A DNA stretch of 64,000 nt from Micavibrio sp. (lineage in GTDB: Bacteria > Pseudomonadota > Alphaproteobacteria > UBA9219). The stretch's first letter is position 1, and the number at the start of each line of letters is the position of its first letter. Below are positions 27,882-37,986 of this stretch, one piece after another. The DNA lies in the NCBI GenBank assembly GCA_020718105.1, contig DYDA01000008.1, positions 5,553-69,552 of the forward strand. Direction: 5' to 3'. The position numbers and the translations under genes are program-made. A model generated the notes under the pieces. It was not told where the DNA came from. It worked only from the letters and a program-made list of their open reading frames with translations, and searched no databases.

Positions 27882-28976
27882 AATATTTAAAGCAGGGTGC
27901 TGCCTGATGATAAGGGGAGCCTTAGGTGCACGGATTTGCTCGATGGTGTTTTGAAGGATCCGCGATGATTCCAAATTGGATGTTTTGTGAGAGGCCAGTT
28001 TATCATCGCGGTCAAGATAGGAGCGTAGGCTCCAGCCGATAAAGGCGGAAACCCTGTCGCCTATCATGCCAGCGTAGCCCGTTTGGACGTCTTCTGGTTT
28101 ACTGGTGTAGGTGTTTTGGGAAAGCTGCTTGCCATTTGACGCATAGTGCGAGAAGACAAGGCGATCCGTTGTACGCGCTACGTCGAATTGAAGATCAGCG
28201 ATGCATGTTTCCCCTGCGGCATTTTTGTAATGCGCGATGACCTCACGCTGCTGTTTAGGGTAGGCATAGCTTGCCCGCAAGATCACGGGGATTTTCTTGT
28301 CCGTCATCCAGCGCGTGTCGATTTCGTACACGACATCTTTGGCTCCATCGCTTAAATAGCCCTGAAAGCCAAGCCCCCCCAGAAGCGTTATAGCCCCCTG
28401 CTTAAACATGTCGGACACAACGCCGAGAGGATGGATAATATCAGTGATAATACCTGTCGAAGGGCGTGTGTCTTTCGTCCGGTCTTTGCGCCAGAAACAA
28501 TCAAAGCGTGTGAGAGCCATATTGTGGGGAAGAGATTGTTGTAAGACATCAAAAACGGGACTGAAATTAATAATGGTGTTAAGGGTTACAAATTTCTCAT
28601 GCAGGAGAGGATAAAGGTTTTCGGCTTCTGCTTGCGTGGCTGTCAGCGGCTTTTCCGAAAAAACGGCTTTGACAGAAGACGTTGTTTCAAGAAGGCCTTT
28701 GAAGACAGGGAAGTGATCAACATCGTTGAGAGCCATGACAACGATTTCTGGTGGTGCGCCTGTTGCACGCATCGCGGCAAGGGCATGGGTGTGGTCTGGA
28801 AAACAACTGTTCGCAAAATGCCGCGCATCGTCTAAGCGTTCTGCAATGCGATCAACGACAACAAGGTTAAGATCTCGTTTTGCTTTTTCCAGTTCAGGAC
28901 GAAGAGAGAGGATGGCTTTGCCCTCGACGCTGCCCATTTTGCCCCAGCCAAGAAGAAGGACGTTTAATTTTTTCAT
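27861..28976 (-). CDS. Gfo/Idh/MocA-family NAD(P)-dependent oxidoreductase
   Basis: VLLLGWGKMG Rossmann motif at the N-terminus, 371 aa. Confidence 0.55.
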   Translation of the reverse strand: MKKLNVLLLGWGKMGSVEGKAILSLRPELEKAKRDLNLVVVDRIAERLDDARHFANSCFPDHTHALAAMRATGAPPEIVVMALNDVDHFPVFKGLLETTSSVKAVFSEKPLTATQAEAENLYPLLHEKFVTLNTIINFSPVFDVLQQSLPHNMALTRFDCFWRKDRTKDTRPSTGIITDIIHPLGVVSDMFKQGAITLLGGLGFQGYLSDGAKDVVYEIDTRWMTDKKIPVILRASYAYPKQQREVIAHYKNAAGETCIADLQFDVARTTDRLVFSHYASNGKQLSQNTYTSKPEDVQTGYAGMIGDRVSAFIGWSLRSYLDRDDKLASHKTSNLESSRILQNTIEQIRAPKAPLIIRQHPALNILTSRQG

Positions 28977-29124
28977 TATCTATTCCTTTAAAATAGCTTG
29001 TTTTTCTTCCTCTTTTTAAGAGGCCATGAATGATATCATGGGAATGCTTTGTTGTGTAGTGACTTATGGGCAGTGATAATACTTTCATGGGGTGGCTGCT
29101 GTTATTTCATAGATTTTCTTGTTG

Positions 29125-31035
29125 TTAGTGCTGTTTTGAAGAGGGGCGGCGCTTTGATGGAGAGGGCTTCTTCTCCTTGGCTTTTTCTTTATCAGGATCG
29201 ATGATTGAAAAGCTCATGCTGCCCGTCAGAGGATCGGCTTTGTCCAGCTTGACGGCAACGGTTTGTCCAAGGCGATAGGTGCGGCCATGGCGCTGGCCGA
29301 TCATGGACTGGCTTTTTTCGTCGTATTCATAGAAATCGCGGGGCAGGGCATTGAAGGGAATGATGCCGTCTGCACCTGTTTCATCCAACCGTGCAAACAG
29401 GCCGAACCGCGCCACGCCGCTGATCCGTGCGGGGAATGTCGCGCCGACTTTATCCGCCATAAACAGGGTTGTGAAGCGATCCACCACGTCGCGCTCGGCC
29501 ATCGCAGAGCGACGTTCGGTTCCCGAAATATGCGCGGCGGTGTCCTCCAGCTTTTTGATGGCCGCATCGGTTAGTCCGTCGTCACCTAGATTAAGGGTGC
29601 GGATCAGGCCGCGATGCACGATAAGATCGGCATAGCGCCGGATGGGTGAGGTGAAGTGCGCGTACTTAGCGAGGGCAAGGCCAAAGTGGCCGATGTTCGC
29701 GTGGCTATAAACCGCTTGGGATTGCGAGCGCAGCATGACCTCGTTGATCACTTGCGCGTGATCGCCGCCCGCCGCGTTTTCTAAAATATGGGTGAGCATG
29801 CGCGGGTGAAGCTGTTTAAAGGGAACAAGCTTGATCCCCAGCGTGTCCAGAAAATCGCGGAGCGCGTCCAACTTGATTTCCGTTGGCTTGTCGTGAACGC
29901 GGTAAAGACATAGGCCGCCTTTGCCTTCCAATTGCGCGGCGGCGGCGACGTTGGCGCAGATCATGAACTCTTCGATGAGCTTGTGGCTATCAAGGCGCTC
30001 ACGCAAGGCAATCGCTTTCACGCGGCCATCCTCGCCGATCACGACTTTACGCTCTGGCAAGTCCAGCTCTAGCGTGCCGCGCACCAGCCTTGCGGCGATC
30101 AGACACGCATACGCGCCGTAAAGGGGCTTGATAACGGTATCGAGAAGGGGGCGCGTCATCGCATCGGGATGGCCGTCCATGGCCTTTTGTGTTTGCTCGT
30201 ACGTCAGCCGCGCATGCGATTTCATAAGCGCCCGCTCAAAGCGCCACTTGACCAGCTCGCCCTTTTTATCCAGCCACAGGTGCGCGGCTAGGCAGGCGCG
30301 GCTCTCGTGTGGCACAAGAGAGCATAAATCGTTCGACAACGCTTCGGGAAGCATCGGCACGACGCGATCGGGAAAATAGGTGGAATTGCCCCGACGATAG
30401 GCTTCTTTATCCAACGCGCTATCAGGTTTGACATAGTGCGCGACATCGGCAATCGCGACAATCAGATGCCAGCCGCCTGCGCCGTGGGCTTCCGCAAACA
30501 CGGCATCGTCGAAATCGCGCGAGTCCTCGCCATCAATCGTGACAAGCGGCAGGGCACGAAGATCGGTGCGCCCGCCTAGCATCACGGGCTTGGCCGCGTT
30601 CGCTTCGTCCAGCGCCTCTTGGGGGAAAGTAACGGGAATGCCGTTTGCCTCGATGGCGATTAGGCTCACAACCTTGGGATCATCGGGGCTGCCAAGAACT
30701 TCTGTTATCTCAAGCTCTTCTTTGCCGTTCTTTGTGCTTTTGATAAGTTTGGCGGCGACCAATTGCCCCACCAGAGTCTTGGCCTTGTCGGGATTGCGAA
30801 GAGTGTAGGTTGTTTTGTCTTTGCGATCTGTAAGCTCTAACCCCCAGCCGAGTTTGGTTTTTACAACAACGCCAACAATGGCGGCGGGCGCGGGGCGAGC
30901 GGGCTTGGCTTTAATCTCTTCTGTTTTTGGGTTCGGTTTTTTTGACATTTGCCCAAAGCTACGTTTTGGCTTTTTTCCATTTCGGAAATCGTCACGCGTT
31001 TTGCGTGTGGACTTTGCTTTTTTCTTTATTTGCAA
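29125..31035 (-). CDS. rnr: ribonuclease R / RNase II family exoribonuclease
   Basis: 636 aa; basic N-terminus, RNB catalytic domain, C-terminal S1-like region with basic tail. Confidence 0.8.
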   Translation of the reverse strand: MQIKKKAKSTRKTRDDFRNGKKPKRSFGQMSKKPNPKTEEIKAKPARPAPAAIVGVVVKTKLGWGLELTDRKDKTTYTLRNPDKAKTLVGQLVAAKLIKSTKNGKEELEITEVLGSPDDPKVVSLIAIEANGIPVTFPQEALDEANAAKPVMLGGRTDLRALPLVTIDGEDSRDFDDAVFAEAHGAGGWHLIVAIADVAHYVKPDSALDKEAYRRGNSTYFPDRVVPMLPEALSNDLCSLVPHESRACLAAHLWLDKKGELVKWRFERALMKSHARLTYEQTQKAMDGHPDAMTRPLLDTVIKPLYGAYACLIAARLVRGTLELDLPERKVVIGEDGRVKAIALRERLDSHKLIEEFMICANVAAAAQLEGKGGLCLYRVHDKPTEIKLDALRDFLDTLGIKLVPFKQLHPRMLTHILENAAGGDHAQVINEVMLRSQSQAVYSHANIGHFGLALAKYAHFTSPIRRYADLIVHRGLIRTLNLGDDGLTDAAIKKLEDTAAHISGTERRSAMAERDVVDRFTTLFMADKVGATFPARISGVARFGLFARLDETGADGIIPFNALPRDFYEYDEKSQSMIGQRHGRTYRLGQTVAVKLDKADPLTGSMSFSIIDPDKEKAKEKKPSPSKRRPSSKQH

Positions 31036-31076
31036 TTTTTTTCCTTTGGGGAGGTTGTTTCATCCCCAAAACAATT

Positions 31077-31236
31077 CAAGAGTTGGCAAATGGAAAAGAA
31101 ACCAAATGGGATCCCCGCCTTCGCGGGGATGACGGGAAGGGCTTAATGCTAAACATTAACCCCGTCATGCCAGCGAAGGCTGGCATCCCATTTCTTATTT
31201 TTTTCTGTTCCAGAAAACCAACTCTTGAAGTGGAAG
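31077..31236. mobile_element. 160-bp MITE-like element, full copy
   Basis: TIRs CAAGAGTTGGCAA / CCAACTCTTGAAGTGGAAG enclosing hairpin 1 (GGATCCCCGCCTTCGCGGGGATGAC) and hairpin 2 (GTCATGCCAGCGAAGGCTGGCATCC); near-identical copy at 46977-47137. Confidence 0.8.
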
Positions 31237-31478
31237 GGATATAATCATCTGCTTATTTAATGCCTATGGCGGATTATGCGCTTAAATTGGCCATTATGAT
31301 AGACTCAAAACAACGTTAAGAGTTGATTTTATGGAACGGAAAAAACAAGGAAACTCCCCCGCTTTCGCGGGAATGACGTTAAAGGATGGAGAGTCCACAA
31401 ACACCGTTATTTCCGCCTTGCCTGTTCGCCTGCTGCAAGGGTGGTGAGCCGAGGGCATCGGTTTTACGAAAGGGGCGT

Positions 31479-32240
31479 TCACAACATAAATTGCTCACGG
31501 ATAATCCTTTCCCCCAAATGCTGTTCTGGATCGAAAAGAAGCGTGAATTCGGTTTCTCGATCAAGGGTTATGTGGGCAGAGAGAACGCTGTGGATGTTTT
31601 CGGTTCCGGCTTCAACACGAACAGGGCGCTTTTCATGTTCGATGACTTTGATATCGATCACGGCGTTTTGGGGCAAGACAGCGTATGACCAACGGCGCGG
31701 GCGAAAGCCGCAGATGGCTGTCATCACCAGCGTGTTGGAGTCGAGAGGCACGATGGGGCCTCCCGCCGAATGGTTGTAGGCGGTGCTTCCCGCTGGGGTC
31801 GAGATTAACAGGCCATCGCCGCTATAGCGATGGATGCGTTCCACATCATCAATGCAGACTTGAAGCTTGGCCGACTGTGGCGAGTCGCGCAAAAAGGATA
31901 TTTCGTTGATGGCAAGCGCCGTGTGCGTTTTGCCTTCTGTGGTAACGCATTCAACCTTAAGGGGGCGCAGCGTTACGGTTTGGGCGCGCTCAATCCTCTC
32001 GATCAGGTTTTCGGGGGTGTAGTCGTTGCACAAAAAGCCAACCGAGTGTGTCCGCCTAAGGGCAAAGACTTTTTTCTTATCCTTATGAGAGGCATGCAGG
32101 GTCTTGAGAATATGACCGTCGCCGCCCAAGACGACAAGCGTATCCGCTTCCTCAGGCGGAAAGTGGGGATAACGGTTTTCAAGGTCAAGGCGTGATTCTT
32201 GAGCCAAAGGCGTAGGCGAGGCGACAAAGGCGATTTTCAT
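31479..32240 (-). CDS. nadK: NAD kinase
   Basis: VVLGGDGHILKT GGDG motif; NDYTPENL...SGDGLLISTPAGSTAYN. Confidence 0.85.
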   Translation of the reverse strand: MKIAFVASPTPLAQESRLDLENRYPHFPPEEADTLVVLGGDGHILKTLHASHKDKKKVFALRRTHSVGFLCNDYTPENLIERIERAQTVTLRPLKVECVTTEGKTHTALAINEISFLRDSPQSAKLQVCIDDVERIHRYSGDGLLISTPAGSTAYNHSAGGPIVPLDSNTLVMTAICGFRPRRWSYAVLPQNAVIDIKVIEHEKRPVRVEAGTENIHSVLSAHITLDRETEFTLLFDPEQHLGERIIREQFML

Positions 32241-32385
32241 GCGTACCCGATAAATAAAAGGATAAGGGCTTTACCCGTCCATTAATGATCAATTAACGAT
32301 TGTCGCGCAACTGTAAATGTAGCGTAGGGCGGCTTTTTTCTTAAAAGGCCTTGGCCTGCCGATCCGTGGCGCAGAAAGGGTTTTT

Positions 32386-33054
32386 ATGCAGATAGACTTG
32401 CGCGTTCTTGAGCTTTTGTCGTCAAAGATTTGTCACGATCTTATTAGTCCGGTCAGTGCCATTAATAACGGGGTTGAGCTTATTGAGGATATTGGCGAAA
32501 CCGTCGTCAATGAGGCCATGAAGCTGATTGCGGATAGCGCGAGCGTATCGTCGCGCCGCCTGAAGCTTTTTAGAATCGCGTATGGTCGTGCAGGCAGCGA
32601 GGAAAGTCTTCCCGTTAAGGATGTTCGCTTGGTGGCTGAGCAGTATTTTGAGACTGGTAAAATAAAGCTGAACTGGCCAGAGGCTCTGTCGCTTGGCGCG
32701 TTATCGGAAAGGCGCGGGGCGCTGAAAACGCTTATCAACATGTTGCTTTTGAGCGAAGAGGTTCTTGCCTATGGCGGAGCGATAGCCTTGCATCGAATCG
32801 AGGGGGATGGCACACTTGGCTGTCGTTTGGAGATTGTTGGAAAAGCGGCGCAGTTATCGCCTTCTTTTGGTGAGGCTTTAAGTGGCGTTACGCCTGTTGA
32901 AGACCTTACGCCTCGAACCATTCAATCCTATATGACGGGCCGCTTTGCCTCTACTTTTGCTCTGTCTATCCTTTCTTCCTCCCCCTGTACTGACCAACTG
33001 GATTTAACGTTGTTGGCCAAGGTCACTGAATACGATAGCGATCGACTCGTATAA
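32386..33054 (+). CDS. chpT: histidine phosphotransferase ChpT (CckA-ChpT-CtrA relay)
   Basis: 222 aa; ICHDLISPVSAINNGVELIED matches the ChpT H-box (HDLxxP...NGLEL); no kinase ATP lid; alphaproteobacterial context with ctrA nearby. Confidence 0.6.
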   Translation: MQIDLRVLELLSSKICHDLISPVSAINNGVELIEDIGETVVNEAMKLIADSASVSSRRLKLFRIAYGRAGSEESLPVKDVRLVAEQYFETGKIKLNWPEALSLGALSERRGALKTLINMLLLSEEVLAYGGAIALHRIEGDGTLGCRLEIVGKAAQLSPSFGEALSGVTPVEDLTPRTIQSYMTGRFASTFALSILSSSPCTDQLDLTLLAKVTEYDSDRLV

Positions 33055-33126
33055 GGGTTTTTTAAGATTTGTTCACCATGATGACCAGGCGCGATGCTGT
33101 TGATGATTCTGTCTAACTAAAGGACC

Positions 33127-35826
33127 TTGAAAATGGATGATCTGTTAAGAGAATTTTTGACGGAGACTCATGAGAGTATCGCTCAGCTTGATGTTGAGCT
33201 GGTTCGACTTGAGCAAAATCCTAATGATCCGGCCTTGATTGGCAGTATTTTTCGTTTGGTTCATACGGTTAAGGGCACGTGCGGCTTTTTGGGGCTGCCT
33301 CGCTTGGAAAAAGTGGCGCATGCTGGTGAAAACATTTTAGGTAAATTCTGCGATGGCCAGTTAAAGGTGACGCCACAGGCTGTGACCCTTATTCTGCGCT
33401 CTATTGATGCCATCAAATATCTTCTTTCTGTTTTGGAAGAAACGGAAGCTGAAGCTTCTGGCGATGATCAAGAGTTGATCAACGATTTGGATGCTATGGC
33501 CGAAGGGCGAGATGTAGGGGGCGCTGAGAGCGTTGAAACGGTTGATTCTCCTGTGATGGCGGAAGCTTCCGCGCCTGTCCAAGAACACGTTGCCCCCGTT
33601 GGTGAGGCCGATGCTTTTGGTTTTGTCCCTGTTCGCGCCGAAGATACGGGGCTGAATGTGAAAGAGGCTAAAATGCCGGAACAGCCACCTCAATCAGTGT
33701 CGGTTCCTGCCCCTGTGGAGGCCAAGAAAGAGGCTGAACCAGCGAGCGGAGAGGGTGGCATCAAGGAGTCGTCGGTTTCCTCGCAAACCATTCGCGTGAG
33801 TGTTGATCAGCTTGAGAACCTTATGGTGATTGCCAGTGAATTGGTTTTGACCCGCAATCAGCTCAACCAGATTTCCCGCACACAAAAGGACAATCCTTTT
33901 GCTACGTCTTTGCAACGCTTAAGCCATGTGACATCCGAGCTGCAAGAAGGCGTTATGAAAACGCGCATGCAGCCGATTGGCAATGCTTGGTCAAAATTGC
34001 CGCGTATCATTCGCGATTTGTCTTTGGAGTTGGGCAAAAAGATAGACCTTCAAATGCTGGGGGCGGAAACCGAATTGGATCGTCAGGTTTTAGAGCTGAT
34101 TAAGGATCCTTTGACCCATATGGTGCGTAATTCAGCGGATCACGGCATTGAAAATCCATCGGATCGCCTTATGGCTGGAAAGCCAGAAACGGGCGTTGTG
34201 CTGCTTAACGCCTTTCATGAAGGTGGACACATCATCATCGAGATTTCCGACGATGGGCGTGGATTGTCGATGAATAGGATCAAGAGCAAGATTATTCAAA
34301 ATGGTCTTGCCAGCGAAAGCGACGTCGCAACGATGGGCGACCAGCAGATTATGCAGTATATCTTTAAGCCCGGTTTTTCTACGGCAGCGCAGATTACGGC
34401 GGTGTCGGGTCGTGGTGTTGGCATGGATGTTGTTAAAACGAACATCGAGAAAATTGGCGGCACGGTTGATCTTCAGTCAACAGAAGGTAAGGGCTCGCGG
34501 TTTCTTATCAAGATTCCTTTGACGTTGGCGATTGTCTCAGCGCTGATTGTTGAGTGTGCTGGTGAGCGGTTTGCCATCCCCCAGATTAGCGTTGTTGAGC
34601 TTGTGCATGCCTCAGCCCACAGCGAGTATCGGGTGGAGCGGATTAATGACACGCCCGTTCTTCGTCTGCGCAATCGTTTATTGCCACTGGTTTCCTTGCG
34701 TCGTGCACTTAAGTTGAACGAAGGCAAAAAAGACGAGGATATGTCCTTTATCGTCGTGGTTCAGGTTGGCAGCTCAAGCTTTGGTATTATTGTGGATCGC
34801 GTGTTCGATACAGAAGAAATCGTCGTTAAGCCTGTTTCTCCCATTTTGCGTAATATAACCATGTTCTCTGGTAATACTATTTTGGGGGATGGCAGCGTTG
34901 TGATGATCCTTGACCCGAACGGTGTTGCGGCTCATGCGGGAGAGATTCATACAACAGCGGATTCAACTTTAAGGCATCATTCGTCTTCGGCTCACGGGCG
35001 CGTTTCAGCTAAACAGTCGTTGTTGCTGTTCCATGCGGGCGGTGATGCGCCCAAGGCCGTTTCTCTTTCGTTGGTTGCTCGCCTTGAAGAGATTGATCTG
35101 GCTTCTGTTGAATACTCAGACAATAAGCCTGTTGTGCAATATCGTGGGAAGCTTATGCCTCTTGTGCCTTTGGACGAGTCTTTCCAGCTTGGTAAAGAGG
35201 GGACTCAACCCATCTTGGTGTTCAGTGACCATGAACGTAGCATGGGGCTGATTGTTGATGAGATCATCGACATTATTGAGGATCAGGTGGAGGTCAATGT
35301 TGCGGCTCATCATCCGGGATGTTTGGGGAGCGCGATCATCGCTGGCAAGGCCACGGACATCATTGATACAGGCCATTATTTGGCGCAAGCTTATCAAGAT
35401 TGGTTCGGGGCGCAGCAAGACTCTTCCTTTGGTAGCGAACAATTGCATCGCGTTTTGCTGGTGGATGACAGCCCCTTTTTCCGCAATCTTTTGACACCGC
35501 TTCTTATGGTGGCGGGTTATACTGTGACAACGGCGGAAAACCCAGCGCAGGCGCTCAAGCTTCGCGAAGAGGGGGAAGAGTTTGACGTGATCGTAAGCGA
35601 TATCGAAATGCCCGGTATGAACGGCTTTGATTTTGCCGCAGCGGTTCGTAAAGATGGCGGAAAATGGGGCGAGCTTCCCTTTATCGCACTTTCTTCGCAT
35701 GCGACGCCACGCGATATCGAGCAGGGGCGTCGGGCTGGCTTTACGGATTATGTCGCCAAGTTTAATCGAGAAGCCTTGCTCTCCACGCTTCAACAGACTC
35801 TCAGTACGGTAAGGGTGAACTCATGA
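33127..35826 (+). CDS. cheA: chemotaxis histidine kinase CheA with C-terminal receiver domain
   Basis: P1 HPt with HTVKGTCGF, HATPase (DDGRGL, GRGVGMDVV), CheW-like P5, then REC (LLVDDSPFFR...DIEMPGMNG). Confidence 0.9.
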   Translation: MKMDDLLREFLTETHESIAQLDVELVRLEQNPNDPALIGSIFRLVHTVKGTCGFLGLPRLEKVAHAGENILGKFCDGQLKVTPQAVTLILRSIDAIKYLLSVLEETEAEASGDDQELINDLDAMAEGRDVGGAESVETVDSPVMAEASAPVQEHVAPVGEADAFGFVPVRAEDTGLNVKEAKMPEQPPQSVSVPAPVEAKKEAEPASGEGGIKESSVSSQTIRVSVDQLENLMVIASELVLTRNQLNQISRTQKDNPFATSLQRLSHVTSELQEGVMKTRMQPIGNAWSKLPRIIRDLSLELGKKIDLQMLGAETELDRQVLELIKDPLTHMVRNSADHGIENPSDRLMAGKPETGVVLLNAFHEGGHIIIEISDDGRGLSMNRIKSKIIQNGLASESDVATMGDQQIMQYIFKPGFSTAAQITAVSGRGVGMDVVKTNIEKIGGTVDLQSTEGKGSRFLIKIPLTLAIVSALIVECAGERFAIPQISVVELVHASAHSEYRVERINDTPVLRLRNRLLPLVSLRRALKLNEGKKDEDMSFIVVVQVGSSSFGIIVDRVFDTEEIVVKPVSPILRNITMFSGNTILGDGSVVMILDPNGVAAHAGEIHTTADSTLRHHSSSAHGRVSAKQSLLLFHAGGDAPKAVSLSLVARLEEIDLASVEYSDNKPVVQYRGKLMPLVPLDESFQLGKEGTQPILVFSDHERSMGLIVDEIIDIIEDQVEVNVAAHHPGCLGSAIIAGKATDIIDTGHYLAQAYQDWFGAQQDSSFGSEQLHRVLLVDDSPFFRNLLTPLLMVAGYTVTTAENPAQALKLREEGEEFDVIVSDIEMPGMNGFDFAAAVRKDGGKWGELPFIALSSHATPRDIEQGRRAGFTDYVAKFNREALLSTLQQTLSTVRVNS

Positions 35827-36323
35827 GTGAAAACAATCTCCCTGTAAAATCTAACAAGTCGCTCCCTGCTGCTGGTGATAACGCTTCGGGGCGTGAGTTT
35901 GTGACGATGTATATCGAAGGGCAGCTCTTCGGGATTCCTGTTCTTCAGGTGCAGGATGTCTTAGAGCCGCTTAAGATCACGCGGGTTCCTTTGTCTCCGC
36001 GTGAGGTTGCGGGGTCTTTGAATCTTCGTGGACGCATTGTAACGGCGATTGATGTTCGCACGCGCCTTGGCCTTCCCCCGCGCGAAGAGAATGTCAAGTG
36101 CATGAGCGTTGTGGTGGAATCAGGGGGTGAGTTTTACAGCTTGATCGTTGATCAAGTTGGGGAAGTCATGACTCTTGCCGCTGCTGAATTTGAAAAAACG
36201 CCAGCCACCCTTGATGATCGTTGGCGCGAAATATCAGATGGCGTTTATCGATTGCAAGAATCCCTTTTGATTGTGATTGATGTCAAAAGGTTGCTACGTT
36301 TAGAGGAATTAACGGCGGCTTAA
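35823..36323 (+). CDS. cheW: chemotaxis coupling protein CheW
   Basis: 166 aa; EFVTMYIEGQLFGIPVLQVQDVL CheW fold. Confidence 0.85.
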   Translation: MSENNLPVKSNKSLPAAGDNASGREFVTMYIEGQLFGIPVLQVQDVLEPLKITRVPLSPREVAGSLNLRGRIVTAIDVRTRLGLPPREENVKCMSVVVESGGEFYSLIVDQVGEVMTLAAAEFEKTPATLDDRWREISDGVYRLQESLLIVIDVKRLLRLEELTAA

Positions 36324-36334
36324 AAACGCTCTTA

Positions 36335-36718
36335 TTGGAGCAAACCATGAAGTCATGTCTTCTTGTTGATGATAGTCGCGTTATTCGTAAAGTGGCGCGG
36401 CAGATATTTGAGGCGCTCGATTTTGCCTGTGAAGAGGCTGAAAATGGCCAAATGGCGCTGGAGGCTTGTCAAAAGGCCATGCCTGACGTCATTTTGCTGG
36501 ACTGGAACATGCCTGTTATGGATGGTATGGAGTTTTTACGCGCTTTACGTAAGATGGCTAACGGTGGCGAATCGGTCGTTGTTTTCTGCACAACAGAAAA
36601 CGATATGAAGCATATTCAAGACGCCATGGCCAATGGGGCTAATGAATACATTATGAAGCCTTTTGATGCCGATATTGTTCGCAGCAAACTTATCCAGTTG
36701 GGTATTGTTGAGGGCTGA
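36335..36718 (+). CDS. cheY: chemotaxis response regulator CheY
   Basis: 127 aa single REC domain (LLVDDS...DWNMPVMDG...KP). Confidence 0.85.
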   Translation: MEQTMKSCLLVDDSRVIRKVARQIFEALDFACEEAENGQMALEACQKAMPDVILLDWNMPVMDGMEFLRALRKMANGGESVVVFCTTENDMKHIQDAMANGANEYIMKPFDADIVRSKLIQLGIVEG

Positions 36719-36726
36719 TTTTTGGC

Positions 36727-37986
36727 TTGGGATACAAGAAACAACCAATAAAGAATCTGGTGATTATGAGTTATTCTTCGACGACATGTGATGAGGACGG
36801 CTGTTCTGATATTTATCAGGTCATGGTTGTGGATGATTCCGCGTTTATTCGCGGCGCGATTACACGCGCCATTGAAAGTGATCCTTGTTTGCGTGTGGCT
36901 GTTTCTGTTAGCAATGGTGAGCAAGCGGTTCGTTCTCTTCAACGAGAAGCCGTTGATGTTATCGTTCTGGATATTGAAATGCCCGTTATGGATGGCTTGA
37001 CGGCGTTGCCTAAACTTAAAGAAATTGATGGCGCGGTGCAGGTGATTATGGCTTCAACATTGACCCAGAAGAACGCTGAAATAAGTTTACGTGCTTTGTC
37101 TTTGGGCGCTACAGATTATATTCCCAAGCCCTCCAGTAGCCATGAGGTTATGGCGGCGGAGTCTTTTCAGCATGAGTTGGTTGATAAGGTCAAAGCTTTG
37201 GGTGCGCTTGCGCGGCGGTCGGGGGTTCGAGAAGCCCCTCGCACAAACCCCACTTCTAAACCTGTAGAAGTGACACCAAGACCCAGCTTGCCCCCTCGAC
37301 AAGTTCCGTTGGATCAGGAAAAGCGTTCGGAAAGCGCACAACTTGTTCCTCCCCTTTCTAAGCAAGGGCGGCGTGAAGTGGTTTTGCGGAAAGAAGCCAT
37401 TGTGCGTCCTGATGTTTTGGCGATAGGCAGCTCAACTGGCGGGCCTCAAGCCCTTTTTAAGGTGATCAAGGATATGGGGAAGGGGCTTCCTCAGCCTATC
37501 GTTATTACCCAGCATATGCCTCCTGCTTTTACGACAATTTTGGCAGAGCACATTTCGCGCCAGTGCGATGTTGCCTGTCAGGAGGCCAAGAACGGCGATA
37601 TTTTGGTCGCTGGTCATTATTATGTAGCGCCCGGCGATTTTCATATGGTGATTGAACGTAAGGGGTCTGATTCGGTCGTTCGGTTGCTTAAAGACCCGCC
37701 GGAGAATTTCTGTCGTCCCTCTGTTGATCCTATGTTGCGTTCTTTGGCTGTCGCTTATGGTCGTAATATCCTTGTCGTGATTTTGACGGGTATGGGCGCT
37801 GATGGCACAAAGGGCGGCGAGGTTGTTGTTAAGGCGGGCGGTTCGATTATCGCGCAAGATGAAGCGACAAGCGTTGTGTGGGGCATGCCCGGATCTGTGG
37901 CTATGGCGGGGCTTTGCACGGCTTTGTTTCCTATCGACAAAATTGGCAGTTTTGTTCGCCAGACGGCGATGGGAGGAAGAACATGA
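36727..37986 (+). CDS. cheB: protein-glutamate methylesterase CheB
   Basis: REC (MVVDDSAFIRG) plus methylesterase (LAIGSSTGGPQAL...GMGADG). The true start is probably an internal Met, at 36766 or 36823. Confidence 0.85.
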   Translation: MGYKKQPIKNLVIMSYSSTTCDEDGCSDIYQVMVVDDSAFIRGAITRAIESDPCLRVAVSVSNGEQAVRSLQREAVDVIVLDIEMPVMDGLTALPKLKEIDGAVQVIMASTLTQKNAEISLRALSLGATDYIPKPSSSHEVMAAESFQHELVDKVKALGALARRSGVREAPRTNPTSKPVEVTPRPSLPPRQVPLDQEKRSESAQLVPPLSKQGRREVVLRKEAIVRPDVLAIGSSTGGPQALFKVIKDMGKGLPQPIVITQHMPPAFTTILAEHISRQCDVACQEAKNGDILVAGHYYVAPGDFHMVIERKGSDSVVRLLKDPPENFCRPSVDPMLRSLAVAYGRNILVVILTGMGADGTKGGEVVVKAGGSIIAQDEATSVVWGMPGSVAMAGLCTALFPIDKIGSFVRQTAMGGRT

